Below are positions 29,529 through 39,225 of a stretch of DNA of 40,531 nucleotides, one piece after another. Location of the stretch: positions 1-40,531 of the forward strand of contig JAUXGE010000002.1 of the NCBI GenBank assembly GCA_030622435.1, in the 5' to 3' direction. Every line of letters starts with the position of its first letter. Positions within the stretch are counted from its first letter, which is position 1. The translations under genes were made by a program, and so were the position numbers. The stretch is from Planctomycetota bacterium. GTDB lineage: Bacteria > Planctomycetota > Phycisphaerae > UBA1845. The notes under the pieces are model-generated. The model saw only the letters and a list, made by a program, of their open reading frames with translations. It made no database searches and had not been told where the DNA came from.

Positions 29529-29945
29529 ATGATTCAGATGCAAACGATGGTGAACGTGTGCGACAACACCGGCGCCAAAGTTGCGATGGTGGTCAACGTA
29601 TACAAGGGCAGCACGGGCAGCCGCGGCAAGAAGCGCCTCAAGACGGCGAGGATCGGCGACATCGTGCTCGTGACGGTGAAGAAATCGCTGCCCAACAGCG
29701 AGTTTTCGGGTGGATCGGATCGTAAGGATCGCTCCAAGCGGCGTAAGGCCAAAGCTGTGGTGGTCCGGGTGAAGGCCCCGACACGCCGGCCTGACGGCAG
29801 CTACGTACGGTTCGACTCCAACGCGGTCGTCCTGCTTGACGATCGGAACGAGCCGCGCGGAACGCGCATTTTCGGTCCGGTGGCGCGGGAACTTCGCGAA
29901 AAGAACTTCATGAAGATTGTATCTCTGGCGGAAGAGGTGGTTTGA
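29529..29945 (+). CDS. rplN: 50S ribosomal protein L14
   Basis: MIQMQTMVNVCDNTGAK... and GTRIFGPVARELREKNFMKIVSLAEEVV. It has two short basic insertions relative to E. coli L14 (138 vs 123 aa). Confidence 0.98.
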   Translation: MIQMQTMVNVCDNTGAKVAMVVNVYKGSTGSRGKKRLKTARIGDIVLVTVKKSLPNSEFSGGSDRKDRSKRRKAKAVVVRVKAPTRRPDGSYVRFDSNAVVLLDDRNEPRGTRIFGPVARELREKNFMKIVSLAEEVV

Positions 29946-30013
29946 CGGGGTGACCCGCAGCGCCGATTCGAGCGCCGGAGTGGAAATGGCAGCGTTCCGA
30001 AAGGTTCGAAAGC

Positions 30014-30373
30014 ATGGCGGCCCATATTCGTAAAGGTGATGTCGTGGAGGTGATCTCCGGCGACCGCCGCGGTGCCCGTGGAAAGGTGCTTCGGATCGAT
30101 CCGCGCCGCGGTTTCGTTTTCGTGGAAGGCGTCAACATGGTTTATCGCCACGTGCGCCCTTCACGGAAGAACCCGCAGGGCGGTCGTTTGCAGAGGGAGG
30201 CGGCTATCCATCTTTCCAATGTGCTGCCTTATGATTCGAGTGCCGGCAAGGGGCGGCGAAGCCGTTTCACAGTAGAACGCGACGAAGCGGGTAAGGTGAT
30301 CGACAAGCGCCGTGTGAGCGTCACTGGTACGACGTTGCACACGCTGACGCGGGGCGAGCGTACCGCCGAATAG
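30014..30373 (+). CDS. rplX: 50S ribosomal protein L24
   Basis: KOW motif: IRKGDVVEVISGDRRGARGKVLRI. Confidence 0.96.
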   Translation: MAAHIRKGDVVEVISGDRRGARGKVLRIDPRRGFVFVEGVNMVYRHVRPSRKNPQGGRLQREAAIHLSNVLPYDSSAGKGRRSRFTVERDEAGKVIDKRRVSVTGTTLHTLTRGERTAE

Positions 30374-30402
30374 TCGCGGTGAATTGCAGGGAGTAAGGCC
30401 TG

Positions 30403-30960
30403 ATGGCCAGGTTGCTGGATCGATTCAAAGAAGAGATTGTTCCCGAGTTGATGGGGGAACTGGACATCACGAACATGATGGCCGTCCCGCGCCTGGAGAA
30501 GGTCGTGGTCTCGATGGGCACCGGTTCGCCGATGCAGGACAAGAACCGGCTGCCGGCTGCGATAAAGGATCTCGAGAAGATTACCGGGCAGAAACCGCAA
30601 TTACGGCGGGCAAAGCGAGCGGTGTCGAATTTCAAGACTCGCCGCGGATACGAGGTCGGTTGTCGCGTGACGCTGCGTGGCAAGCGAATGTACGAGTTCG
30701 TCGACCGTCTCTTCAACGCGGCGATCCCCCGTCTCCGTGACTTCCGTGGGCTGAACCCGCGGAGCTTCGACGGTCGTGGTAGTTACTCGATGGGGATTCC
30801 GGATCAGTCCATCTTCGCGGAGATCGACCTCGCGGACGTGACGTACAACCAGGGGATGAACATTACCTTTGTGACGTCGGGGCGGAACGATACGACCGCA
30901 CGGGCGCTGTTGACGCGGCTGGGCTTGCCGCTTCGCAAGACGGAAGAGCAGGCTGCCTAA
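30403..30960 (+). CDS. rplE: 50S ribosomal protein L5
   Basis: [17 protein letters not shown]..., [20 protein letters not shown] and MNITFVTS. Confidence 0.98.
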   Translation: MARLLDRFKEEIVPELMGELDITNMMAVPRLEKVVVSMGTGSPMQDKNRLPAAIKDLEKITGQKPQLRRAKRAVSNFKTRRGYEVGCRVTLRGKRMYEFVDRLFNAAIPRLRDFRGLNPRSFDGRGSYSMGIPDQSIFAEIDLADVTYNQGMNITFVTSGRNDTTARALLTRLGLPLRKTEEQAA

Positions 30961-31145
30961 TGGCTACGAAGGCTTGGATTGAGAAGGCTCGGAAGGAACC
31001 GAAGTTCACGTCACGGAGGGTTCGGCGGTGTGAGCTTTGCGGGCGGAGCCATGCGGTGTATCGGAAGTTCAAGATCTGCCGGATCTGTTTCCGGGCGCTG
31101 GCTCTTGAAGGGATGATCCCGGGCGTGCGGAAGGCGAGCTGGTAG
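30960..31145 (+). CDS. rpsN: 30S ribosomal protein S14, type Z (zinc-binding)
   Basis: 61 aa with [21 protein letters not shown] (CxxC-N12-CxxC). The ATG overlaps the rplE TAA by 1 nt (TAATG). Confidence 0.97.
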   Translation: MATKAWIEKARKEPKFTSRRVRRCELCGRSHAVYRKFKICRICFRALALEGMIPGVRKASW

Positions 31146-31199
31146 TGGTCCGTCAGTGCGTGCCGACGTGCGGCGCGGTTGGTTTGGAGTGTGGTGACG

Positions 31200-31595
31200 A
31201 TGTGGTCTGATACGGTTGCTGATATGCTGACGCGAATCCGCAATGCCGCGCGGGTGCATCACAAGCAGGTGTCCATCCCATCCTCCAAACTGAAGGTTGG
31301 GATCGCGGAGGTGCTGCTTTCGGAAGGTTACATTAACGACTTCGACGTTGTCGAGGACGGTAAGCAGGGCATCTTGCGGGTAGATATCAAGTACGGTTCG
31401 CGGGGTGAGGACGTGATCCACATTATCAAGCGTGTCTCGAAGTCTGGTTGTCGAGTGTACACTCGTGTAGCCGACCTGCCGCGCGTGCTTGACGGCCTGG
31501 GGATCGCCATCGTGTCCACGAACAAGGGTGTCCTCAGCGACCGCAGCTGTCGTGAGCGGAACGTTGGTGGAGAGTTGCTTTGCACGGTTTACTAG
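31200..31595 (+). CDS. rpsH: 30S ribosomal protein S8
   Basis: MWSDTVADMLTRIRNA... and GGELLCTVY. GGAG lies 10 nt upstream of ATG 31200. Confidence 0.97.
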   Translation: MWSDTVADMLTRIRNAARVHHKQVSIPSSKLKVGIAEVLLSEGYINDFDVVEDGKQGILRVDIKYGSRGEDVIHIIKRVSKSGCRVYTRVADLPRVLDGLGIAIVSTNKGVLSDRSCRERNVGGELLCTVY

Positions 31596-31664
31596 GCGCT
31601 GATCGGATCGACCTGGTCGCACGCCGAATGTTTGTTGGCTCTGGGGTTCGATAGGACGAGCGGA

Positions 31665-32261
31665 ATGTCGCGAATCGGGGAAAAACTCATTGCGGTCCCT
31701 TCGGGTGTCACGATCAAGTTGGCGAATCGTGAGGTCAGCGTGGCCGGTCCGAAGGGGACGTCCGTGTGGGTGTATCCCGACACTGCGGATGTCAGCTACG
31801 ACGAGAGCAGCCGTTCGGTGACCGTGAAGAGGAAGAACGACCTGAAGCAGAGTCGCGCGAACCACGGATTGACCCGGGCGCTGATCAACAACATGGTCAA
31901 GGGTGTCTCGGAGGGGTTCGAGAAGCGGCTGCTGGTTTACGGTACAGGGTATAGTTGCAAACTCGAGGGCGGAAGTCTGCATTTGAACCTCGGTTTCTCC
32001 GGTCGTCGTCGTGGGCTGGGCGCCCAGTTCCTAGTGCCCGTCCCAAGTGGCATTGAGGTGATCGTGGAGCGCGACACCGCCCGCGGTGACAACGAGCCGG
32101 CGTCGGTCGTGATTCGAGGTTTCGAGAAGCAGAAGGTTGGACAGTTTGCGTCGGAGGTTCGTGCTTTGCGGAAGACCGAGCCCTACAAGGGGAAGGGCAT
32201 CCGGTACGACGATGAGGTCGTCCGGCGCAAGCAGGGTAAGGCGCTGACAGGCGCCGCGTAG
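31665..32261 (+). CDS. rplF: 50S ribosomal protein L6
   Basis: MSRIGEKLIAVPSGVTIKL... and EPYKGKGIRYDDEVVRRK. ATG 31665 is preferred over the track start 31632. Confidence 0.97.
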   Translation: MSRIGEKLIAVPSGVTIKLANREVSVAGPKGTSVWVYPDTADVSYDESSRSVTVKRKNDLKQSRANHGLTRALINNMVKGVSEGFEKRLLVYGTGYSCKLEGGSLHLNLGFSGRRRGLGAQFLVPVPSGIEVIVERDTARGDNEPASVVIRGFEKQKVGQFASEVRALRKTEPYKGKGIRYDDEVVRRKQGKALTGAA

Positions 32262-32311
32262 CCGGTGGGCTTTGATGCCCCGTCCGGCGGATCGGAGAGA
32301 GTCTACGGGCG

Positions 32312-32680
32312 ATGCGATCCGAAGAGATCAAAATTCAACGCCGTCGCAGGCGAAAGCGGGGGATCCGCAAGCGCGTGCACGGGACCGGTGAGAAACCGCG
32401 TTTGTCAGTGTTTCGGAGTCTCAAGCACATTTACGCGCAGATCGTCGATGACGACCTCGGTGTGACGCTTTGCGAAGCGAGCACACGGAGCAAGGATCTG
32501 CGCGACGGCTTGATAGTCGGTGGAAACACGGAGGCTGCCAAAGTCGTGGGAACCGCCCTGGCGGAGCGTGCCAAGGCCAAGAACATCGAGCAGGTGTGCT
32601 TCGATCGCAACGGGTTTCGATTCCACGGGCGTGTCAAGGGACTGGCGGACGCCATGCGCGAAGGCGGTTTGAAGTTCTAA
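32312..32680 (+). CDS. rplR: 50S ribosomal protein L18
   Basis: [19 protein letters not shown]... and [26 protein letters not shown]. Confidence 0.98.
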   Translation: MRSEEIKIQRRRRRKRGIRKRVHGTGEKPRLSVFRSLKHIYAQIVDDDLGVTLCEASTRSKDLRDGLIVGGNTEAAKVVGTALAERAKAKNIEQVCFDRNGFRFHGRVKGLADAMREGGLKF

Positions 32681-32734
32681 CGGTTGATCCTCGCCGGACG
32701 GATTTGGAATCCGGCCGGCTTGAGAGATGGAATA

Positions 32735-33244
32735 ATGGCGATGAAGGGCAAAGCACCAGCCGGCGACAAAGAAGAGCAACCCTTCGACGAGGTAGTCGTC
32801 AAGATCAATCGCTGCGCCGCGGTAGTGCGTGGCGGTCGGCGGTTCAGTTTCGGTGCTCTTGTGGTGGTCGGTGACCGCAACGGGTGTGTCGGCGTGGGCT
32901 ATGGTAAGGCGGCCGAGGTGCCCTCAGCGGTTGATAAGGGCCGGAAGGACGCCACGCGGAACATGAAGCCGATCAAGGTGGTCAGTGGCACCATCCCGCA
33001 TCGCATCATAGGTCGGTACGGCGCCAGCCGTGTCGTGATGGTTCCGGCCGGTGCCGGAACGGGCGTCATCGCCGGGGCGAGCGTCCGGGCGGTGTTGGAA
33101 CTCGCGGGCATTCATGACGTGTTGACAAAGAGCTATGGCTCCAACACGCCTCGCAACCTCGTGTACGCTACGTTTTCGGGGTTGTTGGGGATGCTCGGTC
33201 GCGAAGAAGTGTCGCATTTGCGGGGCGTTAAGCTCGCCGGGTAG
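32735..33244 (+). CDS. rpsE: 30S ribosomal protein S5
   Basis: VVKINRCAAVVRGGRRFSFGALVVVGDRNGCVGVGYGKA and AGTGVIAG. ATG 32735 is preferred over the track start 32684. Confidence 0.97.
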   Translation: MAMKGKAPAGDKEEQPFDEVVVKINRCAAVVRGGRRFSFGALVVVGDRNGCVGVGYGKAAEVPSAVDKGRKDATRNMKPIKVVSGTIPHRIIGRYGASRVVMVPAGAGTGVIAGASVRAVLELAGIHDVLTKSYGSNTPRNLVYATFSGLLGMLGREEVSHLRGVKLAG

Positions 33245-33253
33245 CGTGTGTCG

Positions 33254-33703
33254 ATGAATATTGGAGATATCACCAAACTCGCCGGTTCGCACAAACGCCG
33301 TATGCGCGTCGGACGAGGGCGCGGATCCGGCAAGGGCAAGACGTCAGGCCGCGGCAACAAGGGTTCGGGACAGCGTTCGGGCTGGCGAAGGCGAGCTCTG
33401 CAGGAAGGCGGGCAGATGCCGACGTTTCGGCGCATGCCCAAACGCGGTTTCAGTAACGCCCAGTTTGCGACTCGCTACAGCATCGTGAATGTCGGGTCGC
33501 TCGAGTCCCGGTTCGAACCCGGAGCGCATGTAACACCCCAATCTCTTCGGGAGGTGGGTTTGATTCGCAACCTGCGCCTCCCGGTCAAGGTGTTGGGTGA
33601 CGGAGATCTGGTCAAGAAGCTTACGGTGGACGCGGCGAAGTTCACTAAATCTGCGATAGAAAAGATTCAGGCTGTCGGTGGTGAGGCGAGAGTCGTCCGA
33701 TGA
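33254..33703 (+). CDS. rplO: 50S ribosomal protein L15
   Basis: MNIGDITKLAGSHKRRMRVGRGRGSGKGKTSGRGNKG. It starts 10 nt after the rpsE stop, leaving no room for rpmD. Confidence 0.97.
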   Translation: MNIGDITKLAGSHKRRMRVGRGRGSGKGKTSGRGNKGSGQRSGWRRRALQEGGQMPTFRRMPKRGFSNAQFATRYSIVNVGSLESRFEPGAHVTPQSLREVGLIRNLRLPVKVLGDGDLVKKLTVDAAKFTKSAIEKIQAVGGEARVVR

Positions 33704-33766
33704 CGCCGGCGTTTCCCCCTTTTCGCGATCGATGCCAAGACCCTGGCCATAGTGTGATATGATAGT

Positions 33767-35134
33767 ATGTTCTCGACGTTTTTGAACATCTTCAAGATCC
33801 CGGAGTTAAGGAACAAGATCCTGTTCACGACCGGGATGCTTTGCATCTACCGGATCGGTTTCGCCGTCCCGGTTCCCGGTGTGGACCAGGAATCGATGAG
33901 CCTGGGGTTCGGTGGGAGTGGCGGGTCGACCGGCGATCTGTTCGACTATTTCCAGCTCTTCACGGGTGGGAACCTCAAGCAAAGCACCATTTTCGGCCTG
34001 GGGATCATGCCGTACATCTCGGCGTCGATCATCTTCCAGCTCCTCGTGACGGTGGTCCCCGCGTTGGAGAAGCTCCAGCAGGAGGGTGAGACGGGTCGCC
34101 GGAAAATAACTGAATACACGCGTTACCTCACCGTCGCCCTGTGCCTGATCAACGCCGGCGTTTGGATGAAGTACCTGTCAAGCCAGGGCTACATCTTCCC
34201 GATTTTCACCGGTCGCTTCCTGGGGATGTCGTTCTCCTACATGTGTATGTCCCTGACGATCCTCACAACCGGCACCGTGTTCTTGATGTGGCTTGGCGAA
34301 CAGGTAGACGAATACGGCATAGGCAACGGCATCTCGCTGATCATCATGGCCGGGATCGTGGCGCAGATGCCTAACGCCGCCATCTATATTGGGCAGAGCC
34401 TCAAGCTGCAGGGCACGGCAACCGGAGGGGAGATGGATGTGCCGAAGCTGGCGCTGCTGCTTGTCCTCTTCGTGGGTGTTGTGGCCGGTGCCATCTTGAT
34501 CACGCAAGGTCAGCGGCGAATCCCTATACAGCAGGCGAAGCAGATGCGCGGGCGGCGGATCTACGGGGGGCAGCGCCATTACCTCCCTCTGCGGGTCAAC
34601 CACGGCGGCGTCATGCCGATCATCTTCGCCAGCTCGATGTTGATCTTTCCGGGTATCCTGTTCGGGGCCATATACGGGTATTGGCCTAACAGCTTCACGG
34701 GCTTCTTCAACGAGGCGTTTCGATCGGGTGAGTTCATCTACATCCTGACGTACATCGTCGCCATCTACTTCTTCGCCTACTTCTGGACAACCGTCCAGTT
34801 TCGGCCCAAGGAGATGGCCAACAACCTCAGGGACTACGGGAGTTTCATTCCGGGGCTTCGCCCAGGTAAGAGGACGGCGGATTACCTCGAGCGGGTGATG
34901 AGCCGGATAACGTACGTGGGTGCGGCGTTCCTGGCCATCATCGCGATCATACCGACACTCGTTGCGCAGGCTCTGGAGATTCCGTTCATGGTCTCGGCGT
35001 TTCTCGGTGGAACGGGTCTGCTGATCGTGGTCAGTGTGACGTTGGATCTGGTTCAGCGGATCGAGGCGAACCTGATCATGCGGAACTACAAGGGTTTCCT
35101 GGGTTCCGAGGGACCCATCAAGGGATCGAGGTAG
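33767..35134 (+). CDS. secY: Preprotein translocase subunit SecY
   Basis: 455 aa, 10-TM protein. LGIMPYISASIIFQLL and GISLIIMAGIV. Confidence 0.99.
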   Translation: MFSTFLNIFKIPELRNKILFTTGMLCIYRIGFAVPVPGVDQESMSLGFGGSGGSTGDLFDYFQLFTGGNLKQSTIFGLGIMPYISASIIFQLLVTVVPALEKLQQEGETGRRKITEYTRYLTVALCLINAGVWMKYLSSQGYIFPIFTGRFLGMSFSYMCMSLTILTTGTVFLMWLGEQVDEYGIGNGISLIIMAGIVAQMPNAAIYIGQSLKLQGTATGGEMDVPKLALLLVLFVGVVAGAILITQGQRRIPIQQAKQMRGRRIYGGQRHYLPLRVNHGGVMPIIFASSMLIFPGILFGAIYGYWPNSFTGFFNEAFRSGEFIYILTYIVAIYFFAYFWTTVQFRPKEMANNLRDYGSFIPGLRPGKRTADYLERVMSRITYVGAAFLAIIAIIPTLVAQALEIPFMVSAFLGGTGLLIVVSVTLDLVQRIEANLIMRNYKGFLGSEGPIKGSR

Positions 35135-35250
35135 GAGATTTCGTTTCGAACGACCATTGTTGCTTCGCGGGACGTTCCGTTACCGGAATATCAGTCGATG
35201 ACGGGATTCTACAACCGAAACGACCAGCCCGAGGAGATGAGGTTCCGGGC

Positions 35251-36042
35251 GTGATGCGTGACGGCGGGATCATTTTGAAGAGTGCTCGGGAGATCGAGTT
35301 GATGCGGGCTGCCGGCCGCATCGTGCATGATGTGCACGAAATGGTGCGAGAGCGGGCTGCGCCGGGCGTTAGGACGGGCGAGCTGAACGAGGAAGCGGAA
35401 CGACTGATAGCAGATGCGGGTGGGACGGCCCTGTTCAAAGGAGTGACAAACCCGCACGCGAAGTTTCCGTTTCCGGCCGCTCTGTGCACGAGCATTAACG
35501 AGGAACTGGTTCACGGGATTCCAGGCGATCGACGCCTTGACGACGGTGATATCCTGAGCGTTGATTGCGGGGTCAGGTTGGCGGGCTACTGCGGTGATGC
35601 CGCGACGACGGTCGGAATCGGTCGTATTTCGACGGATGTGAGGCAGCTGCTCGAGGTGACGCGACGAGCTCTGGAGACGGCGATCGAGAAGATGCGCCCC
35701 GGCCTTATGTGGAGCCAGGTGGCGAAGGAAATCCAGGGAGTCGTGGAACGGGCGGGGTTTTCCGTTGTGCGCGATTACGTGGGTCATGGGATCGGCCGTG
35801 AAATGCACGAGGATCCCAAGATCCCGAACTACTGGAGCGAGAAGCAGCACGCGTTTGATTTCAAGTTGGCTCGCGGAATGGTATTGGCCGTCGAGCCTAT
35901 GGTGAATCTTGGCGACCACCGTGTGGAGTTCGGTGATGATAGCGGGTGGCTCGTCGTGACTCGGGATCGCCGGGCGTCGGCTCATTTCGAGCATACGCTT
36001 GCTGTGACGGATGCGGGTGTGGACGTGTTGACTGGTGGATGA
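35251..36042 (+). CDS. map: Type I methionine aminopeptidase
   Basis: [38 protein letters not shown] and LAVEPM...EHT (metal ligands D, D, H, E, E). The start is GTG 35251 or the adjacent ATG 35254. Confidence 0.97.
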   Translation: MMRDGGIILKSAREIELMRAAGRIVHDVHEMVRERAAPGVRTGELNEEAERLIADAGGTALFKGVTNPHAKFPFPAALCTSINEELVHGIPGDRRLDDGDILSVDCGVRLAGYCGDAATTVGIGRISTDVRQLLEVTRRALETAIEKMRPGLMWSQVAKEIQGVVERAGFSVVRDYVGHGIGREMHEDPKIPNYWSEKQHAFDFKLARGMVLAVEPMVNLGDHRVEFGDDSGWLVVTRDRRASAHFEHTLAVTDAGVDVLTGG

Positions 36043-36095
36043 GGCTCGAGCGGGGAGTCGATTGGGCGGACTTCCTAACTGAGAGGCAGAGAAAG

Positions 36096-36209
36096 ATGAA
36101 AGTCAGAGCCAGCGTTCGTCGCATCTGCGAGAACTGTAAGATCGTCAAGCGCAAGGGCGTTGTTCGTGTGATTTGCACGAATCCCCGGCACAAGCAGCGT
36201 CAGGGGTAA
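36096..36209 (+). CDS. rpmJ: 50S ribosomal protein L36 (zinc-binding type)
   Basis: 37 aa: [37 protein letters not shown]. It is embedded in the longer spurious track ORF 35946-36209. Confidence 0.97.
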   Translation: MKVRASVRRICENCKIVKRKGVVRVICTNPRHKQRQG

Positions 36210-36220
36210 GGAGGAATCAC

Positions 36221-36604
36221 GTGCCACGTATTTCAGGAGTCGACATTCCGCCGAACAAGCGGATCGAGTTTTCGCTCCGGTATATTCACGGGATCGGGGC
36301 CAAGCTCGCGGTGGATGTTCTGAAAGAGTCGCAGGTCGAACTCGGTGTCAAGGCGAAGGACCTCACGGAAGAGGAAGTGGCGCGCATCGGAAGCGTGATT
36401 GATCGGAACTATCAGGTTGAAGGTCAGCTTCGGCGGATGGTTCAATCGAACATAGCCCGACTCAAGGACATCAAGTGCTATCGCGGCGTACGGCATCGGG
36501 TCCACTTGCCCGTCAGGGGGCAGCATACTCGGACCAACGCGCGGACGCGTAAGGGGCCGAAGAAGACCGTTGCCGGGAAGAAGGGCGTGAAGGAGCTTCG
36601 TTAG
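36221..36604 (+). CDS. rpsM: 30S ribosomal protein S13
   Basis: GTG start preceded by AAGGAGG at 36207-36213. Sequence: (M)PRISGVDIPPNKRIEFSLRYIHGIG. Confidence 0.97.
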   Translation: MPRISGVDIPPNKRIEFSLRYIHGIGAKLAVDVLKESQVELGVKAKDLTEEEVARIGSVIDRNYQVEGQLRRMVQSNIARLKDIKCYRGVRHRVHLPVRGQHTRTNARTRKGPKKTVAGKKGVKELR

Positions 36605-36616
36605 TGGGAGTGTCTT

Positions 36617-37000
36617 GTGGCTAAACGAGCGGGTAAACGTAGGGTCCGTCGCAACGTGGTGCGTGGTATTGCGCACATAAAGGCGAGTTTCAACAACATC
36701 CTCATTACGATCACGGATATAAACGGCGACGTATTGTGCAGGGCCTCTGCCGGCACGGTGGGCTTCAAGGGGACTCGAAAGAGCACACCCTTTGCCGCTC
36801 AGCGAGCCGTGGAGCAGGTTGCTCAGGCCGCCAAGAAGTTCGGACTCATGGAGGTGGAGGTGAGGGTGAAGGGTCCGGGCAGCGGGCGCGACGCCGCCAT
36901 TACCGCCTTGCAGAGTTCCGGGATGCGCATCCACTCCATCGAGGATGTTACGCCGCTTCCGCACAACGGGTGTCGTCCGAAGAAGAAGCGGCGAGTCTAG
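36617..37000 (+). CDS. rpsK: 30S ribosomal protein S11
   Basis: [24 protein letters not shown] and [16 protein letters not shown]. Confidence 0.98.
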   Translation: MAKRAGKRRVRRNVVRGIAHIKASFNNILITITDINGDVLCRASAGTVGFKGTRKSTPFAAQRAVEQVAQAAKKFGLMEVEVRVKGPGSGRDAAITALQSSGMRIHSIEDVTPLPHNGCRPKKKRRV

Positions 37001-37178
37001 CGTAGCGTGCGGCGGGTCGGGTCTCGGGTTACAGTTGTACCGGAATTTTGGCGCGACGGGAAGCTCGGTCACGGGCCATCGGAGACGTGCTACGGGAATA
37101 GCCGCTGGGCATAGTAGGGTTCGATCAGCGAGTTTTTCTTGCGTGAATGTTGTCGGAAGTTCGTAACTGGAAGGAATC

Positions 37179-37808
37179 ATGGGACGTTACATTGGTCCAG
37201 TCTGTCGCCTGTGCCGCCGCGAGGGAGTGAAGTTGATGCTCAAGGGCGTGCGGTGTGAGACGGCGAAATGTGCGATGGAGCGACAGTGGCGCGCCCATCC
37301 CCCCGGAATGCATTCGTGGCGACGGCGCAAGCAGACCGAATATGGCGTGCGGTTACGCGAGAAGCAGAAGGTAAAGCGGTATTACGGGGTGTTCGAACGC
37401 CAGTTCATGATCTACTTTCGCAAAGCCGAGCGCACTAGAGGAAACACGGGCGAGGAGTTGTTGAGCTTGCTCGAGCGCCGGTTGGACAACGTGATCTGGA
37501 AGCTCGGGTTCGCTCAGTCTCATCGAGCGGCCAGGGTCGCGGTCGGTCATGGCCATGTATACGTAAACGGTCGCCGTTTGAACCGCCCCGGCTATCTTGT
37601 TACCAAGGGTGACCGGATCGGCGTGAAGCCGTCGGAGCGGAGTCAGAAGTTTGTCCGGCAGATCGTCGGGGACGGAGGCCCTTCGGTACAGCCCTGGTTG
37701 CAGCTTGATGCCCAGCAGTTGGAAGGGGTCGTGGTGGCTCTGCCGTCCAGAGAGGACGTTCAGATCCCGGTGGAAGAGCAGCTGATCATCGAGATGTGTA
37801 GTCGGTAA
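37179..37808 (+). CDS. rpsD: 30S ribosomal protein S4
   Basis: MGRYIGPVCRLCRREGVKL..., YGVRLREKQKVKRYYG, and an S4 domain (RLDNVIWKLGFAQSHRAARVAVGHGHVYVNG). Confidence 0.98.
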   Translation: MGRYIGPVCRLCRREGVKLMLKGVRCETAKCAMERQWRAHPPGMHSWRRRKQTEYGVRLREKQKVKRYYGVFERQFMIYFRKAERTRGNTGEELLSLLERRLDNVIWKLGFAQSHRAARVAVGHGHVYVNGRRLNRPGYLVTKGDRIGVKPSERSQKFVRQIVGDGGPSVQPWLQLDAQQLEGVVVALPSREDVQIPVEEQLIIEMCSR

Positions 37809-37888
37809 TGGTCGAGCGCTTTTGGATTATTCCCGGGTCCAGGTGAAGCCCGTTCAGTTCCGGATACACTCGGTTGGAGGTTTTCCCG

Positions 37889-39178
37889 ATGCGCATCAGG
37901 TGGCGAGGTTTCGAGTTGCCCAACCGCGTCGTTCGCGACGAGGACGTCAGCACGGATTCCTATGGACGTTTCGTTATCGAGCCGTTCGAGCAGGGCTTCG
38001 GGACGACAATCGGTAACTCGCTCCGTCGAGTCCTTTTGTCGAGCCTCGAAGGAGCGGCCGTCACGACAGTGAAGATCGCCGGTGTGTCGCATGAGTTTGC
38101 GAGCATCGACGGCGTCGTGGAGGATGTGACGGACATTCTCTTGAACATCAAGGGGATCGTGCTGCGGGTCGACAGCGACGAATCCAAGATGGTGACCGTA
38201 GAGCGGAGCACGGCGGGGGCAGTCCTCGCCGGCGAGATCGTATCCGATGCGGACGTGACCGTGGCGAACCCCGATCACGTGATCGCGACGCTGACGGCCG
38301 AAGTGGGTTTCCGTATCGAGATGAAGGTCTCGAAAGGCAGAGGGTACGCGACAGGAAGCGACAATCGGATGGCCGAACAGGAGTCGGGAGTCATCCCGAT
38401 CGATTCGGTCTTTTCGCCGGTGCTTCGAGTCCGCTACCGGACGGAAGACATGCGCGTAGGGCAGCGCACGAACTATGACCGGCTGATCATGGAGATATGG
38501 ACGAACGGGACGGTCCTTCCGGAGGACGCTCTCGTGGAGGCGGGTTCGATCCTGCGGAAGCATCTGACGCCGTTCGTCATCTATCACGATCTGGGCGACC
38601 AACTGGCCACGCATGAGAAGCATCTGGTCGAGATGAGCCGTCCGGAAGACACGGCTTTGGCGGAGCTTCTTGATAAGTCGGTTTCGGTCTTGAGCCTCTC
38701 CGTTCGGGCGGGCAACTGCCTGGATGCGGCCAAGATCATCACCATCCGCCAGCTCGTGATGCAGACGGAATCCGATTTGCTGCGGTATCGCAGCTTTGGC
38801 AAGACGTCTCTCCACGAGGTGCATCGCAAGCTCGCGGAGTTTGGACTGACGCTCGGCATGAGGTTCGATGAGGCCGGATTGCCCATTGCCCCAATCCCAC
38901 CGCAGCCTCTGGTCGAAGAAGAGCTTCAGGAGGATGAGCCGGCGATGGGTGAAGGGGGGAGTCCAGTGAGTGGTGATGAGGCTCCGGCGGATGGAGATGT
39001 GGCTTCGGAAGGGGATAACGAGGCGACGGCTGGTGACGAAGCGGCTCCGATGGATGATAATGTGGCTTCGGAAGGGAGCGACGAAGCGACGGCTGGTGAC
39101 GAAGGGGCTTCCGCAGAAGACTCCTCCATCTCCGCGAACTCCGGATCAATGGAAGCGTACACCATGCCGGATTCTTAG
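37889..39178 (+). CDS. rpoA: DNA-directed RNA polymerase subunit alpha with an acidic C-terminal extension of about 100 aa
   Basis: FVIEPFEQGFGTTIGNSLRRVLLSSLEGAAV (NTD) and LSLSVRAGNCLDAAKIITIRQLV...SFGKTSLHEVHRKL (CTD helix-hairpin-helix). GGAGG lies 8 nt upstream of ATG 37889. The protein is 429 aa, versus about 330 typical. Confidence 0.98.
   Translation: MRIRWRGFELPNRVVRDEDVSTDSYGRFVIEPFEQGFGTTIGNSLRRVLLSSLEGAAVTTVKIAGVSHEFASIDGVVEDVTDILLNIKGIVLRVDSDESKMVTVERSTAGAVLAGEIVSDADVTVANPDHVIATLTAEVGFRIEMKVSKGRGYATGSDNRMAEQESGVIPIDSVFSPVLRVRYRTEDMRVGQRTNYDRLIMEIWTNGTVLPEDALVEAGSILRKHLTPFVIYHDLGDQLATHEKHLVEMSRPEDTALAELLDKSVSVLSLSVRAGNCLDAAKIITIRQLVMQTESDLLRYRSFGKTSLHEVHRKLAEFGLTLGMRFDEAGLPIAPIPPQPLVEEELQEDEPAMGEGGSPVSGDEAPADGDVASEGDNEATAGDEAAPMDDNVASEGSDEATAGDEGASAEDSSISANSGSMEAYTMPDS
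38996..39121 (+). repeat. Two tandem copies of a 63-bp (21-codon) unit within the rpoA 3' extension
   Basis: Copy 1 (38996-39058) encodes DVASEGDNEATAGDEAAPMDD. Copy 2 (39059-39121) encodes NVASEGSDEATAGDEGASAED. My hand alignment gives about 46 of 63 identical nt, with a nearly identical core (ATGTGGCTTCGGAAGGG ... GCGACGGCTGGTGACGAAG). A partial GDEAPADGD unit precedes copy 1. Confidence 0.8.
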
Positions 39179-39225
39179 GAATTGTTGTTGAACCGGGACC
39201 GCGGCGAGGGGCGTGAAGTAGAAAC

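Noticed and set aside
29529-29945. Two short basic insertions in L14 (138 aa vs about 122 aa).
   Set aside because: This is small lineage-specific loop variation with all conserved blocks intact. It is noted in the feature but not worth a separate finding.
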